Shown: piece by piece, positions 63,999 to 64,000 of the stretch
How positions within the stretch are numbered: the first letter of the stretch is position 1
Layout of the letters: each line of letters opens with the position of its first letter
DNA from: an uncultured Candidatus Saccharibacteria bacterium
GTDB lineage: Bacteria > Patescibacteriota > Minisyncoccia > Phycocordibacterales > UBA9973
Assembly: GCA_964426555.1 (NCBI GenBank)
Contig: CAYRQJ010000003.1
Location: 1,229-65,228, forward strand
Length of the DNA stretch: 64,000 nt
Direction of reading: 5' to 3'
Notes under the pieces: generated by a model
The model's input: only the letters and a program-made list of their open reading frames with translations
The model's database searches: none
What the model was told of the DNA's origin: nothing
Position numbers and translations under genes: made by a program

Positions 63999-64000
63999 AC

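Noticed and set aside
1-64000. Alternative genetic code (UGA recoding as in SR1/Gracilibacteria)
   Set aside because: All long housekeeping ORFs are full-length under the standard code with no in-frame TGA interruptions.
1-64000. CRISPR arrays, rRNA genes, transposase or integrase genes
   Set aside because: No regularly spaced direct repeats, no rRNA-like conserved stretches, and no ORF with DDE or tyrosine-recombinase motifs were seen.

Overview
This is an AT-rich, gene-dense bacterial chromosome segment. It is dominated by core housekeeping genes: translation (lepA, leuS, lysS, serS, infB, rbfA, rpmG, tsaC, miaA, dus, ABC-F), the dcw division/cell-wall cluster (mraZ-rsmH-ftsL-like-ftsI-murF, plus murE, PBP2, murB, a murA fusion, murJ, alr, ftsQ-like), and DNA metabolism (topA, dnaX, dprA, parB, relA/spoT-family, greA, clpB). 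There are 10 tRNA genes, four of them clustered at 60.6-61.2 kb. Proteins are Asn/Lys/Ile-rich, and several core genes are unusually short (IF-2 498 aa, DnaX 346 aa, RSH 483 aa). Four tandem small two-helix proteins resemble TrbC/VirB2 pilins, and a polytopic O-antigen-ligase-like protein carries TPR repeats. By inference this fits a reduced, possibly episymbiotic Patescibacteria/CPR-like lineage. The standard genetic code appears to be in use. No rRNA, CRISPR array or recognisable transposase/integrase was found.

The most notable signal is a family of ~120-200 bp intergenic cassettes with four copies (30.4, 39.0, 40.7 and 63.3 kb). Each is bounded by inverted ends of the form GTCCCGTTAGAARC. 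The ends carry GC-rich palindromes (GCGATCGC and GATCGCGATC) inside an otherwise AT-rich core. In every copy one end runs directly into a start codon (GCTTCTAACGGG-ATG): serS, topA, a giant pilin-like gene and a small membrane protein.

Other points of interest:
- A tandem array of four diversified TrbC/VirB2-like pilin paralogs; one is fused to a low-complexity linker, an SH3b-like domain and an unknown C-terminal domain.
- A secreted protein with a clear T9SS (Por) C-terminal sorting domain in a genome that otherwise looks monoderm-like.
- A DUF1003 membrane protein carrying eight perfect acidic heptad repeats.
- An N-terminal HTH(XRE)-MurA fusion.
- Putative MraZ-box direct repeats upstream of mraZ.
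- A conserved hairpin motif with compensatory base changes downstream of tRNA genes at two loci.
- Two real small genes missed by the ORF track (lmo0937-family 45-aa protein, ribosomal protein L33).
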